Positions 42,614 to 56,966 are shown, counted from the stretch's first letter. The stretch is DNA of 64,000 nucleotides from Octopus vulgaris (GCA_951406725.2 OX597825.1:53754001-53818000), one strand, 5' to 3'. Notes: generated by a model not told the origin, from the sequence alone. Numbers and translations: made by a program.

Positions 42614-44351
42614 AACGGTATCTGAGCATTCGTGTGTGTGTGTGTGTGTGTGCTCGCGCGCTAGTATGTATATATGCATAGGAATGGATACATAGCTGAA
42701 TATGCACATTTGGGGGTGGATTTAATCCAGAACAATTTAATGTTGACGAAACTAGCGGGAAGATTTTAAAACAAATAAAGCCTAAGATGGGTAGAATGTT
42801 CATAATTACATTAAATGTAGAACGAATTTCTTATCGAAATGGAATCAAATCCTTTCAAAGGCTTACGCGATGCTTAGTCTCAGCATTGGATATGAAGTTA
42901 TGTTAAGTTACAAGATGAAGGGGTGCGAGGAAGTAGTTCACATCACTCTGAGATTTTGCAAACGTTCATTTAGTAAAAGATGTTTTAATAGGTCTCTTAT
43001 GACTGTTCACAAAAACCAAATACGTAAGAGATTTATGTAAATGCGAAATATAATGGTGAGATTGTTGAGTAAGAACTAAGCGCATATTATTATTTCAGTT
43101 AGCTGCAGAATACATATTGTTTAGATTCATTTGATCAAAGATATAAGAAATAAAGAAAGAGAGCTAAATGTAATTCTAGCAGAATAGAAGATGTTTCAAA
43201 AAATTTCGTTTGTGATTAGTGAAACGAATGAGAATAGTGATGCTGTGTAGACACCATAGAAAGCAGTGCTTCCGTGCGTCAGCAAGTGTCACCTAAACCA
43301 TGCAAAATTGTAATATTTCACTTTGTGCGACTAATAACCTGGTGTAGAACTCAATATATGTGTGCTTCAGAATGTAGTGTTAAACAATTATAGAGAGGTG
43401 ATAAGAAAATAAGCTGACAAAAGAATAAATGATAATCTTATGAAGACTATTTGCTTACAGCCGTTTCTGATATATGACTATTACTTCAATAACAATTGGT
43501 AGCTTCATCCATGAATCTATAACATATATTCAGCAAGCTATTATTCAGGCACTCATCTATGAATCAACTGAATCTTATAGCAGAAACACTTGTAAGCTAT
43601 TGAAGTTCATAAGAATAATTAATATAATTTTATATATCAATATATCAAATATGTAATGTGAGGTAAGCTGATCCTTCTTGATCAGAATTGTCATTTACCT
43701 GAATTGAAATGACTGCGAAAATCTGAAAACGTCAGTGGAAAATCATGTGTTGACAATAATCAAATTTTGGGATTTTGCTAGAAAGTGCATCTAAAATAAG
43801 TATGTGTAATATTTTTAGTGGATTTAATAAACATGCACTGGGAGAAAAATAACTAACGATTTTTGTAAGAGGAGACAGAACATGGCTTACAATGGGAGAA
43901 TAGGAGTATGTACAGGAATTAGTGTGTATGTGAGTTTTAGAATTTGTAAACGTATAATATGAGATAAGTGTGTTTAGAATGCAAAGCAAACGTAAGTAGA
44001 ATGATATAAATATATAATTCAGGAAATATATAATATAGTCTAGTAATTAATGGCTACTGGTGTTCATAAAGTTCACTCGAAGCCAAACGACCGAAGAGCA
44101 TGAAGATAATAGATAGTACAAAATTGATGTTTAGGGTAGAAAAATGTAGTATAGCAATAAAAACAATCCCGTGTATACTTATTTTATTTTAACCCATTGT
44201 CTGACTTTGTCTAGTGCTTGGTAGCGGTCATTATCAGGTTCGTTTTGTTTAATTACCACTATCACTGAAATAGATTTGGTTTTCTGTTGCTGATTTGGTT
44301 TTCTGTCGGTATCATTAAGGTCACATTTTTTCTATTATGTCATTGTTATAA

Positions 44352-44562
44352 AGTGGCGGGCTGGTAGAAATGTTAGCACGCCGGGCGAATTGCTTAGCAG
44401 TATTTCATCTGTCTTTACGTTTTGAGTTCAAATTCCGCCGAGGTCGACTTTACCTTTCATCCTTCCGGGGTTGATAGATCAAATACCAGTTGCGTAGTGG
44501 AATCGATCTCATTGACTAGACCCCCAAAAAAGTTTCTGAGTCTTGTGCCTAGAGTAGAAAAG
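44352..44562 (+). mobile_element. SINE family A (alternative tail)
   Basis: Head, B-box gagttcaaattcc, core, and tail cttgtgcctagagtagaaaag. Confidence 0.9.
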
Positions 44563-44835
44563 ATATGTCAATGTTATTGCTGTTGGTATTGCAATAGTGA
44601 TATTTCTTTCGTATTTAGTTCTTTTTTTCTTTTTTTTTGTGTCACTACAGCAATATATTTTCCCGGAATCTAATAAACCGATTGGTGGATTTTGATAGAC
44701 AGGGTACAGCTGAAGAAACTCAAAGAAATCCGACGGCGCTTGATTGCATTCCGCGTGAGGAAGCACCTGCACACTGCTGAAAAGTATTTGTGTATATAGG
44801 TAATCTAAAGAATGATCTTATATAATGATATAATC

Positions 44836-45122
44836 TTTTATTCTTTAACAAGTTTCAGTCATTTAACTGCGACCATCCTGAAGAACCACTTTGAAGGGTT
44901 TCAGTCGAATAAATCGATCCTAGGACTTATCCTTTCTAAGCCTGGTACTTATTCTATAGGTCTCTATTGCCGAGCCGCTAAGTTACGGGGACATTAACAC
45001 ACCACTCATTGGTTTTCAATTGATGGTTGGGGTAAATCAAAGATATAGACACATAAACTTATACACACACACGCACACACACGCACACACACTCACACAC
45101 ACACACACAATTACACAAACAC

Positions 45123-45202
<80 letters not shown>

Positions 45203-45358
45203 CACGGTCTTCTTTCAGTTTCCGCCTACTAAAACCGCTCAGGTTTTGATTCGTGTACGGTTATACTAGAAGTCCTTTTCCCAAGGTGCCACACAGTTTG
45301 ACTGAACCCGGAGCCATGTCGTTGGGAAGCCCGATTCTTACTATAGGGCCACACCTGA
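44836..45358 (-). mobile_element. SINE family B, full-length diverged copy
   Basis: Colinear with 56170-56582, with internal (CA)n(TA)n. Confidence 0.88.
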
Positions 45359-45589
45359 TATTAAATATAAGCTCAACAATTTAAAGCTGGTATCCGGTGC
45401 AGAAACAACGGTTGCGATTTGTTATTAGGCCTAGTGTTTTCTATTTTCAGGTTATATTTTTCTTATATTAATCCTATATGAAAACTGAGATCCAGAACAC
45501 AGCATAAGAAGATATCCTGCTGTATTATGTAATGTTGTAGCCAAAAGGGTATGCTAGCTCTAAACGCACGTTATGGAGTTATTATACAT

Positions 45590-46020
45590 TTATACATTTA
45601 TACATACATAATAACAAAATAATATATAAACATATGCATATATACACATATGTACATACCTACATCTATATGTGTATATATATGCATATATTGGTACAGG
45701 ACACCAACAAAACATTGAACACAATGAGAAACGAAAACATAAAAACAAAAACATGGAAACAAACTTTTTTTTCAAACAACGAAAAAACAGAGTCCAAGAC
45801 ATACAACACAAGGAATATTCCCCTTCTTCAGTTGTCCCTGTTTCGGCTACTCCGCGTTCAAACGTATGGACAAGACGCGACTTCTTGAAACAGTTCTTCC
45901 CGCAAAGCAAATTAAATAAAATTTGGGATTTTTTGCGATGGGGTAAAAGTCGTAACAAGAACAGGACAGGAAAAAAGACAGTAAAACCAATACAGTCCCA
46001 ATCACTGCTATAATCCATAA
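45590..46020 (-). mobile_element. Non-coding element with reverse-order hammerhead motif (divergent subfamily)
   Basis: A-rich plus strand like the 30645 element; contains the motif at 45817-45893. Confidence 0.55.
45817..45893 (-). ncRNA. Hammerhead-like motif, non-canonical strand order (one core A missing)
   Basis: Minus strand: ctgtttc-aagaag-tcgcgt-C-ttgtcc-atac-gttt-GA-acgcgg-agtagcc-gaaacag-ggacaa-CTGAAGA-aggg-gaat. Confidence 0.55.
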
Positions 46021-46301
46021 CGTGCCAATTTTAAGTCATTTAAACATTTAACACCTTACTACTGTCACACTACCTACGTCCCTTCCTATTCTCCCTTCTC
46101 TTTCCTCTTCTTCTTCTTCGTCCCCTTCCTTCTCCTTCCTAACTTTATCACTAATGCTGTTTAGAATAACACCTACGCAATTTTCATTAAAAAAACATTC
46201 AAAAGAAATATTTTCATCAATTAAACAGCCACTGCTACAACCAACTGTGGGTCAGCGCAGCTGACCATTTAGCAGACTACTGACATGTCACACCCACATT
46301 G

Positions 46302-46467
46302 TTCTTCTTCTTCTTCTTCTTCTTCTTCTTCTTCTTCTTCTTCTTCTTCTTCTTCTTCTTCTTCTTCTTCTTCTTCTTCTTCTTCTTCTTCTTCTTCTTC
46401 TTCTTCTTCTTCTTCTTCTTCTTCTTCTCCTGCTTCTTCTTCTTCTCCTCCTTCTTCTTCTTCTTCT
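46302..46467. repeat. (TTC)n microsatellite
   Basis: Tandem array. Confidence 0.97.
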
Positions 46468-46541
46468 CTACTAAGAATTCACAACGACTTCGAACCCACA
46501 AGAGTAAACAAGAGAGACAGAGACAGGCAGAAACAGGGAAA

Positions 46542-46638
46542 ATATCACAATAACTGAAACCGGTACTGAAATTTCTTTTTTATAAAATTATTTTAGCATT
46601 TTCTATCCATATATATCAACTCGTGTGTTCCTTTTCAT

Positions 46639-46686
<48 letters not shown>

Positions 46687-46801
46687 ATATATATAAGGAT
46701 GAAAAGGAACACACGAGTTGATATATAAGGATAGAAAATGCTAAAAGAATTTTATAAAAAAAACATTTCAGTACCGGTTTCAGTTATTGTGATATATATA
46801 T

Positions 46802-46842
<41 letters not shown>

Positions 46843-46862
46843 ATGAAAAGCAACACACGAGT

Positions 46863-46870
<8 letters not shown>
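46542..46870. repeat. Foldback inverted repeat (~100-bp arms) around (TA)n, plus a third partial arm
   Basis: About 46542-46643 is the reverse complement of about 46694-46795; the inner end is repeated at 46838-46870. Confidence 0.9.
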
Positions 46871-46920
<50 letters not shown>

Positions 46921-47014
46921 CTTTGTGCGCGAATGTTTGTGTATGTATGTATGCAAGTATGCGTATAATAGATTATAACTGGAAAGAAAAGAATACGGTG
47001 CAACTTTATATTAA

Positions 47015-47960
47015 TATACTGAATGGGTCAGCTTTATGCGGATACTTCTTTCATGAGCTCTTTTAGCTTTTATTTACCTTAGATAAAAAATAATATCAAA
47101 CATCAGATTGGATTTTAGTGAAAAGACTTACAATAATATTTACCTTAAACGCGTAGGATAGTAATACAGTAACAGTTCGCTTCCTGAATGTTCCCCGATG
47201 CCTCCTTTCCAAAGTTTGAAAGGAGCTGGAACCCACAAACGGACAAAAGACATGCGTTGTAACATCAGAAAACAAGTTTGCGGAAGAACCCCAAGAAATC
47301 TATTTAGAGAAAATAAAATACGGGAATCAATCAGAGCCATTGCATAGAACCTAAAGGTTTCACGATATACTATCGGAATAGTTTTGAATGAAGACAGTCG
47401 TACAAGTCGTATGAGATGGAGACGAGATCATTTTACGTCTGATATGATAAGAGAGAATTCTTTTGATCCGTGTAAAACGCTTCCTAAACAACTTAAATCA
47501 CCAAGAAGCTGGAATGCTATGGTTTTTCTCCGATAAGAAAAATTTCGATCATAACCAAAAGGTAAACCGAATGAACGGCCGATGATCATGCAGTATCCCG
47601 AATGAGTATGCAGCTGTCATGCATACTAAGAACACAACAACTGAGATGGTTCTGGAAGCTGTAAGTAACCTGGAAGATGTCATGCTTCCCCATTTCTTTA
47701 TCAGTTTTGTATGGTCAATGCCGCTATCTACTGTGAGGTGCTGGAGAAAGTTGCGTGGCTATGAATAAATAGAGCATGTAGCGGAAGACAGTACGTCTAC
47801 CATCAAAACTCTCCAAGATTCATTTTCTCCTAGATATATGGCATCCTAGCTAACCAGTTTTCAATCTTCTGGATTATTTCATATGGAGCGTGTTCATTCA
47901 ATAAAAGCTTGTTAAAATCCGAGATACATTACTGTATGTCCAAGTGGGCCCTACTAGAAA
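47015..47960 (+). mobile_element. Tc1/mariner (maT/DD37D-like) transposase remnant
   Basis: KSIRAIA*NLKVS, MLWFFSDKKNF, AVSNLEDVMLPHFF, YVYHQNSP, WHPS*PVFNLLDYFIWSV. Confidence 0.8.
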
Positions 47961-48083
47961 GTATATACACGAAGAGGTAAAACGATATTCAAGAACAACT
48001 TATTTAGCATGACATTTTAATAATAATTACGGAGATGTACTTGCATAGCGAGAGACTTGATCTGAGATCGTGTGCTGGAACGA

Positions 48084-48407
48084 AAACAATTGCAGCGTGG
48101 AAGGTGTTTATAAGCCATTTAAGAAACACGCAAAACCGTTAGATTCACCTCAACATATGAATTTAATTTGTCAAAATATTTTCGTCGCTTTGGGACCGCG
48201 ACCTGTTCACTAACAAAGCTTCGTGCTGCTTCTCGATAAAGCTTCACTGACAAAACTTCATGCAGCACGAAGCTTTGTCAGTGTACAGGTCGCGGTCCCA
48301 AAGCGACGAAAATATTTTGACAAATTAAATTTATATGTTAAAGTGAATCTAACGGTTTTGTGTGTTTCTTAAATGGCTTATAAACACCTTCCACGCTGAA
48401 ATTGTTT
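48084..48407. repeat. Foldback inverted repeat with ~145-bp arms and ~30-bp spacer
   Basis: About 48084-48229 is a near-perfect reverse complement of about 48262-48407. Confidence 0.95.
48168..48216 (-). ncRNA. Minimal type I hammerhead-like motif with G3:C8 core
   Basis: TTGTTA-GTGAACA-G-GTCGC(ggtcccaaa)GCGAC-GAA-AATATT-T-TGACAA; mirror copy at 48275-48323 on the plus strand. Confidence 0.5.
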
Positions 48408-49498
48408 AATAATAATGAATTCCATTTATATAGTTCATAATTTATGATGCTGAACAAGTTTCATGAAGATGATTATCACAAAATAGAGAATTCTATAATT
48501 GTGATAGATTTACTTTAAATTATGTCTGAGCGTATGACAAAGAAAGAGAGGGGGGGACGAATGGAAAAAGAGGGAGGAAGAGAGAGTGCGAGTAATAGTA
48601 TGCGCACAGACGCATAACTCCTATTGTGTTTGGAAGGTCGCACTTTGCTTACTCATTATGTGGTACTCACAAGCATAAATTTATTTCAGAAACTGGATGA
48701 GCAATAGGTCAAAGTAGGTCAAAATGTCTCTTGCTTAGTATTATTCATTTGGACTCAAATCCATTGGCGGAGGGGGTCTTTGATATTTGCAAGCACGATA
48801 GAAAAGTCACAATGCAGAGCAGTGGAATGGTGGGACTGTTTGACAGTCGATGAAGACGCCATTGTGTATTAGTTCAGCAGATTTGCCTGCTGAAAACCAC
48901 GTCTGCAATCGGACTTATATCATGTTGTGTTGCTCGAAGTCAATGACATTTATCTTAGATGATAATTTGTACCTAGAGAGGGAAACCTTGCATGGGCAAC
49001 TGCTAGGCTTCTCTAAAAACATCAGCCTGTCTTGCACAAACCTATAAGGATGTGTGGTCAATTTATTTGATAATTAATTCTAATATGTATTGATAAGTCA
49101 AGTCATTTAGTAGCATTTCTAAAATGTAGAAGAGCATAAAAACGAGATGTGTTTCGTGTTAATGTTGAATTGTTCAGTTTTTTTATCCCCATATATGTAT
49201 ACATACACACACACGTGCTCACAGACACGCACACACACAAATATATATATATATGCATGTGTGTGCATCGAATTACATACATAGTTACACGCATATAGGT
49301 ATGTATATACAGACACACATACGCATACACACTAATATATGTCCTGAGCTCGCTGTTCCAGCATAGTATTGGTGGTGATAGCAGAATAAAAGAACTAATG
49401 AATATAGACTCACACAATATATACCTTTACAAACGTGCATACATTTATATACATAAACGCACAATATATATGTGTACACAGTGTATAAATATCTATGT

Positions 49499-49544
<46 letters not shown>

Positions 49545-50033
49545 GCATTTATATTCATACAACTACACATTCACGCACACCCACATTCACACAGACATGA
49601 ACATACATATATATGTGTGAGTTGGTCTGTGTGTGTCTGTCTGTCTGTCCGTGTATGTAGGTAGTTGGGTATGCGTATATATATATATATACATACATAC
49701 TACCATACATATATATTCAAACAAATTGATTTATCATTCTATTAGATTATTGTTTGGCCAAAGACGTTGCGATTGTCAAAGCAATGCATTGATATACACA
49801 TTTGGGAGTCATTAAAATAAATGTAGGAATGTCTAATTATTTATGAACAATTCATTAAGAATATGTCTGTAATGATTGATTAATTCGCTCATATTTATAA
49901 GTTCTTTAAAGCTTTACTTTAAAGTCGTAATTGAATTCTTAAATTACCTTCAACATAATATTGCTTGCTGTATGTCAGCTGTAAATCTGTGAATCTGTGT
50001 CACATCATCAAAGATTGGTATTCAATCATTCTT

Positions 50034-50066
<33 letters not shown>

Positions 50067-53000
50067 GTCCCTCTCTCTCCCCCTCTCTCTCTCTCTTTCT
50101 CACTTCTGTTTATTTTAGCATAGGAAATTTCATTATTTCCTTTCTCTTGTCAAGGTATACATTACGATGGAAAAGATGAAGTGCTTCAGATTTTTTTCTA
50201 TAGAGTTGAGCTGAGTAGGATAGATCACCATTATTAAGCAAGTGTGTTTCCCAAATAGTATATTGCTATAATGTTAAAATATGAATATGATAACCCTATG
50301 TAGATGTGATGCACTTCATTTTTAGTCTAATCTGCAATTACACGTATTCGTTTTATTAGCACAAAAGAAATATTTTTTATTATGGATTATTAGAATCGGC
50401 GATGGTTGATAATCTAATGCACTGCGTAAATAACAAAGGGACCGTTGCATTATCGCTTTGAATTAGATACAGAGTACAGATCTCTCAGATATCTAGCATC
50501 GTCAAGCTAGCTGTAGAAAGGTACCACAATTTTATTGTTCAAAGCTTTCACCAGCAGTAGCATAGAAGCAACTTAGTAATTTGAACTGGTTATTTCACCA
50601 TAACGAATTGTTGTTCCGTGTCTTTTCTTTTCATTAACATAGATACTAAAGATAAGGTATTAATTATTGAACTGATTCTAATCTTCAGTTCACAGCGGGC
50701 AGAGAGGAGCTGAAACTTATAAATAATAAATTATAGGGATTTCAGTATTGCGAAATACTACATCAGTTTAATTCTTCTCATTCATTGTAAAACATAGCTA
50801 TAATTCCCAAAATTTCAAGTGCGACCACACACGAAAGGTAGATTTCCATAATTTTGCATATTGAAAGCTGAAGTGTATTGTTGAATTCATTACAGTAGTG
50901 TATTTAGTATTCATTGTGAAAACCTTTAATTTCACGTTTTGAAGAGGAAAAAAGTTTTCATACATTGGTGCTATATATTATGATTTATTCGGAATATTGA
51001 TTCGTTCTTGTCTTTTGAATACTGAGAAGCTAGCATTACGTATCATTGCTAGCGTTCTAGTGTCTTAGATATTCGTTATTCAAGTCAGGCCTATATTTTC
51101 TTTTAGTTAAGAATCTTCACCAAAAGTTTTGTGTAAATCAACAATTTATTTTCATATTCAACATACTCAGATAGATATAAAATGAAAAAGGAAAGCCACG
51201 ATTTCTTTTATTCTGCAAGTATATTTTCAAAAGAAATTCTGTTGTGTATTTAACATACGTATCTTGTTAATATAAAGATATCTCAAAATTCTTGGATTTA
51301 CAGTTGGTTCAATAATTTAGCAAGACTTTCTACATCTATGGCCATTCATTTAACTATTTCCTCTCTTTATTGCATTTGCTCTTCTGTCATCTTTTGTTGG
51401 CTCTTTTCTTTTATGTTTCTGTTTTGTTTCTATTCTTTCTGTTGATCTTTTATTGTTGTTCTTTGTATTGTTGTTGAAAGTCTTTGCGGTAATATTTCAT
51501 TTCCCCTCGCTAACATTCCTTCTTTAATCTCCTTTATCTCTCTTCGTTCCTCTTTTCTTCTCACAACCATTCATTCCCCAATTAAACGTAATTATTGATG
51601 TATACCATTTTATTATTTTCCACTCTATCACTTTGCCTTCTAACTTCCTCTCAGATCTTCTCTTAAACGACACACTGCTTCGTTCATTAGCAAAATATAG
51701 CTTGTTTGCTATAATTCAAGGACTCGTTGAATCGAAGCTAGATGTTTCCATACGTGACACGACGATTCTATCGACCTTTTCAAAGATTCTGCTGACATTG
51801 AGTTTACATCAATAAATACTAACTTCAAGCGGTTTAAGCAATTTAAAATTATAAAATTCAAAGAAAACTTTGCAACACTTATTCGGTCACGAGATAAGAA
51901 TTTGAACAAGCTTTATTAATGCTCGCTTCTACGATTGTTTTGTTTGCTAAGCTGCAATGAATGTGATAGCTTAGTTTGAGGATCCCCTTGCCAGCAGGTT
52001 GCTTTATATCGGGATAATTCGTTCGTAAGCCTTTATTATCTTAACAATTGAACAGCAAACTAGTTTGTTTCAGATCGAAGACATTACTATCAAACTGTTA
52101 ACGCCGTATTATATTCATCTTATATTGCATGTCTATATCATTAGCGTTGTATCGTTTTCAGTGAGTCGTCAAACTTGAATCCAATGAAATTTCCTTCCAC
52201 TCAGAACACCGCCATTCCATAAAGTGTGAACACAATACGTGTTCAAAAATAACCCACACGATGGAATGTCTTCTCTACTGCAAGGCAGATCAACTGGAAT
52301 TTATTGTTGCTGTTACAGTGAATGTTAATGTTGTTTTTCCTGATACAGCCACTGCTGCATCTTCTATCGAAACTCATTTTGTGGTTACTTCTGACGTTTA
52401 AACACACTATCTATAGTATTCATTTCATAGGTGCGAAGGGGTCTGCAAGGATGAGAAGTACCAATTTCCAAAATCTGACAAATTTATAGATAAAGTGTAC
52501 ACCAAGTGGGATTTAAATTAGAATTATATTTTGATAGATATTCATAAATTATGTGTTTGAAGAAGAAATGCAAGTATATAAGTTTCTATAAAGGATAACT
52601 AGTTGTAAAATAGCAATATAAGACTTAGCATGTTTTAAACATTGATTCCGTTGTTTCAGCGTGATTGAAAATGATATTGGTTGGAGGAGCAAGGAAATCA
52701 CCCAGTATACAAAAACGTATAAATTGTTAATAAGAGAGATTAACTATTTTATATTTCACAGAGAATGTATCATTCAAGAATTAAATAAATCCATTCTCTT
52801 TTAATAGGACACCAGGCATTGCCATCCTCAACGCTACACACATCGTGCCTAATTATTTAACTTCCACAAACAAATAGCTCTATATGTAATGCCGCTAATA
52901 TACAGATGATAGTACTAGCAGCACTGCAATGTTCCTTATATAGCCATTTGTATATCATTGTTTTTGATATTTTGTATAATACAAAAACAAAATGAAACGC

Positions 53001-53495
53001 ATTCACATACACATGCATATACCATATACAATCATAAAGCACAAAAACAATACAATACTAAACAGAATTAATGAAATACCGATCCAAAATGCTTTATGTG
53101 CACACACACATACGAAATAAAAGGAAAATACAAAAGAAAAATAAGTATATTAAACCAACACTGTCACTTACAATCAGTTGATATGAAATTGCATTTCGGA
53201 AGGAAGTGAACGCAACCACAAATATAGATATCGTAACCATTTTCCCGATTCCATTGATGGAAAACAGTAATTTTACAAACACAGCAGACTGACAAGGAAT
53301 GTACAACTATCAATTATGTACCTATTGACAACAATTGCACAAACAATTGCAACTAATGAAATAATCAACCATCATTTTTGATGTATCTTGTTCTATGAAA
53401 AAATAGTAAAGAGAAGTAATGTATCACAGAAATCTAGATGTGGCTGTCATATTTTTCTTTATAAAGAGCTTTCTAAATGTATGATGAAGGTGTGA

Positions 53496-53631
<136 letters not shown>

Positions 53632-55760
53632 TATTTGTCTGTGTGTTCAGATATATACATACACACACACCATGCATCGTAATTGTATCCGCGTGTGTGG
53701 TGGGAGTGTATGTGTGCACCTGTGTACACCGATATACACACTTACACATAACACATGCAGGTGTGTGCTTGCAGTGCAAATATTGTCTAATTAGACCATG
53801 CTGGACTACTACAGTTTATACCTCTGTATGAATCCTATATCCTTCTTTTGAAAGTTGGTTTTTGGCGCAAAGTGATATAGATAAGATTACATTCATTTCT
53901 TTATCTTTTCATGACGTAACCTCTACGTCAAGCTTGGCTGGTGTAAATGCAGTTCTTTTTTCCTTTTCCAATATATTTCTATTCACTTTATAATGGTCTC
54001 TCCTGTTTTCAGGAAGATTCCGAAAAATGTATCACCTTAATCCCTAATTATTGTCGTACCTGACTGCAACATTAGGTCCCAGTACTAATGTTTCACGCTA
54101 AACCTGTTAACACCTTTCATGTGTGTATATGTGTATGTGTTCGCACGCGCCTATGTATTTAGAATAAAATTGTGGAAAAGCGTAAATTTTACAGATACAT
54201 CATAATTGAATTATTTTTAACAGCTGTTCTATGAGGAAGAAACTTCATTATTTCTATAATTAAGAAGTATAAATATAATAGTCAAATTTACTTCAAATCC
54301 ACCAATAGCACTTCCAGCGTAGTTCTACATCACACAAAACACAATACAAAACAGTACAATGCTGTACAATAGTTAACATAGTACTATAGTGAAAGCTGGC
54401 TGATGCGAATTTCGTGAAATTCGCACAGCGGATATCAATTTGTCAATACACAGAGATGAAATTGTGGCATTTCTCAATCAATGAATGAACGGAAACGTAA
54501 AGTAAATCAATAATCGAAGCAATCCCACTAGTAAAGTAATCCAAGAGTATCACTGTGTTACACTTGAGTGCACAATGACTATCAGATGGTATTGTTAATA
54601 GCATGGTAACGAAAATTGTTAAAACCAATTCAGTACAGATTTCCTAATATTGATGGCAGGGTTTGAACTTAGATCTGGTGCCACAATTAATACCGTGTGG
54701 AGTATCAATATTCTTTGGATTTTGTTTCGCTCAATGTGAACTTTAATCGAGAAGTTTGCTTCAAAGATATTACAACCACTTGCACGAAAACATCTGTTTA
54801 AGTATTATAATATCAAACATTCCCTTTGTGTTACACATTGGTCCACGTTTCACACACACAAGCACATATACAAGCACACGTATACATACACATTTAAAAT
54901 TATGTATGTGTGTGTCTGGTCGTGACTACGTAGGCACCTACTATTAGCGAATGACCAGTACATATTATCAACCACTTTTTTCTCGCGTGTGGCGGTTGGC
55001 TGTCTCCTGATATTTTATCCTAAACTTACCGATCAACCAGGTCCAATATTAAAAGCACGTTAACCGTATCCGTATCTCCTTTTACATATAAGATACATCC
55101 TATCTACAACTTATATTCAATGAGCGCATTTATTTATAAGTTGACTATAATTTGAACGAAATGTTTGCTGGTATTGTTGAAGTATGTTCATAGACTGTAC
55201 AAAAATATGTCTGCCAGTTCCAACGTAGCAACGTGGATATTTTTTTCCACTTGACTACAGCTTACTTTCCATATTAGTAGATATTCCGCATAACTACAAG
55301 TACCAAGGGAATGTGACGTACCTATCTGATACAATCTCTCTGTTCTCCGTCACTAATTCAAACTAAGCATGATTTTTCTTTTGTGATTTTCGTTTTATTT
55401 TACTATTAATGACGTGTTGATTAAATGGATGCCCTACTTAGATTTATTAAATACACATTAATGCAACGGTCTTGCACAGACACACACATATACGCGGACA
55501 CACACACGCACACACACACACTCACATACACATACACAGACATATATATACATAGAGAGAGAGACCGCATGCACCTACACACGTAAGAAAACATACACGT
55601 GGCCAGTAAGTATATCATATATGTGCATCATATCATATAGTACACATTCACATCTTAGCTATTGAACTCTGATGCCTACATATATACACACAGATACATA
55701 TACATATTGGTGTGTGTGTATATGTGTGTGTATATATATATATTTATCTATACACGCGTG

Positions 55761-55883
<123 letters not shown>

Positions 55884-56169
55884 ATATATATGCATATATA
55901 GGAGTCGCGTCTACGTATGTGGTAGTATATGATAATTCTCTGAATGTTTTCTTATCCTCAATTCATCTTTCAGAGTCCTTGGAGCATATCTTCTGATAAT
56001 TATTGTATTTATTTTGACAACGCTTTTGCAACTGACTTGAATCCACTTTCCTCCTGGTCAGCGCTTCCAGCATTGTCCCTGGTTAACCCTCCAATAATCC
56101 TGCGTAAAACTATCATTCTGTGTTTTTAACATCAATTAAATGAAATTATCTCAATCACATTCAGTATAT

Positions 56170-56582
56170 TTACTCTTTTACTCTTCTACTTGTTTCAGTC
56201 ACTTGACTGTGGCCGTGTTGGAGTACCACCTTTAGTCGAGCAAATACACCCCAGGATTTATTCTTCGTAAGTCTAGTTCTTGCTCTATCGTTTTCTTTTG
56301 CCGAACCGCTAGGTTACGGGGACGTAAACACACCAGCAGTGGTTGTCGAGCGATGTTGGGAGGACAAATACAGAGACACAAACATATACACACACATACA
56401 TATATATATACATATATACCACAGGCTTCTTTCAGTTTCCGTCTACCAAATCCACTCACAAGGCTTTGGTCGGCCCGAGGCTATAGTAGAAGACACTTGG
56501 CCAAGGTGCCACGCAGTGGGACTGAACCCGGAACTATGTGGTTGCTAAGCAAACTACTTACCACACAGCCACTCCTACGCCT
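56170..56582 (-). mobile_element. SINE family B, full-length
   Basis: tRNA-like head (ggcgtaggagtggctgtgtggtaag...gggttcagtccc), internal microsatellite, tail aagagtaaaagagtaa. Confidence 0.95.
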
Positions 56583-56966
56583 CAATACAATTTATTTATT
56601 GTTTGTGTAGGTTTGTTAACTCTTTGTGGTGTTTCCCTGAGTAGCAACAGCAAAATGGTTCCAACTAGATGCATCCATGGTTTTTTGCCTGAGGCATTCA
56701 TCATGCAATTATATGACCGCACGATTTTCGTATTAAGCAGTCCCCTTCCAAAGTGTACTATAGTTTCGAGTCGACAATAGCTATGTGTACGTGAAACTTA
56801 ATTAACTTAAAAACTGCGTGGGAGTATACGAAAGGCTCTGTAACTGGTATGATGGATAGTTATTCCATTTACCGGTATAAGAGTCCATCCTACGGATTCA
56901 TATCTGAGGGATTCGCTAAAAGTACCGAAGCAACATGCATCCACCTGTGTGCTCAGCTAAAATACA

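Noticed and set aside
52430-52545. Acceptor-like tttcatag followed by open frame CEGVCKDEKYQFPKSDKF...
   Set aside because: Short, unrecognised and without a supported partner exon
56480-56582. tRNA-like A/B boxes at SINE heads
   Set aside because: These are SINE promoters, not complete tRNA cloverleaves
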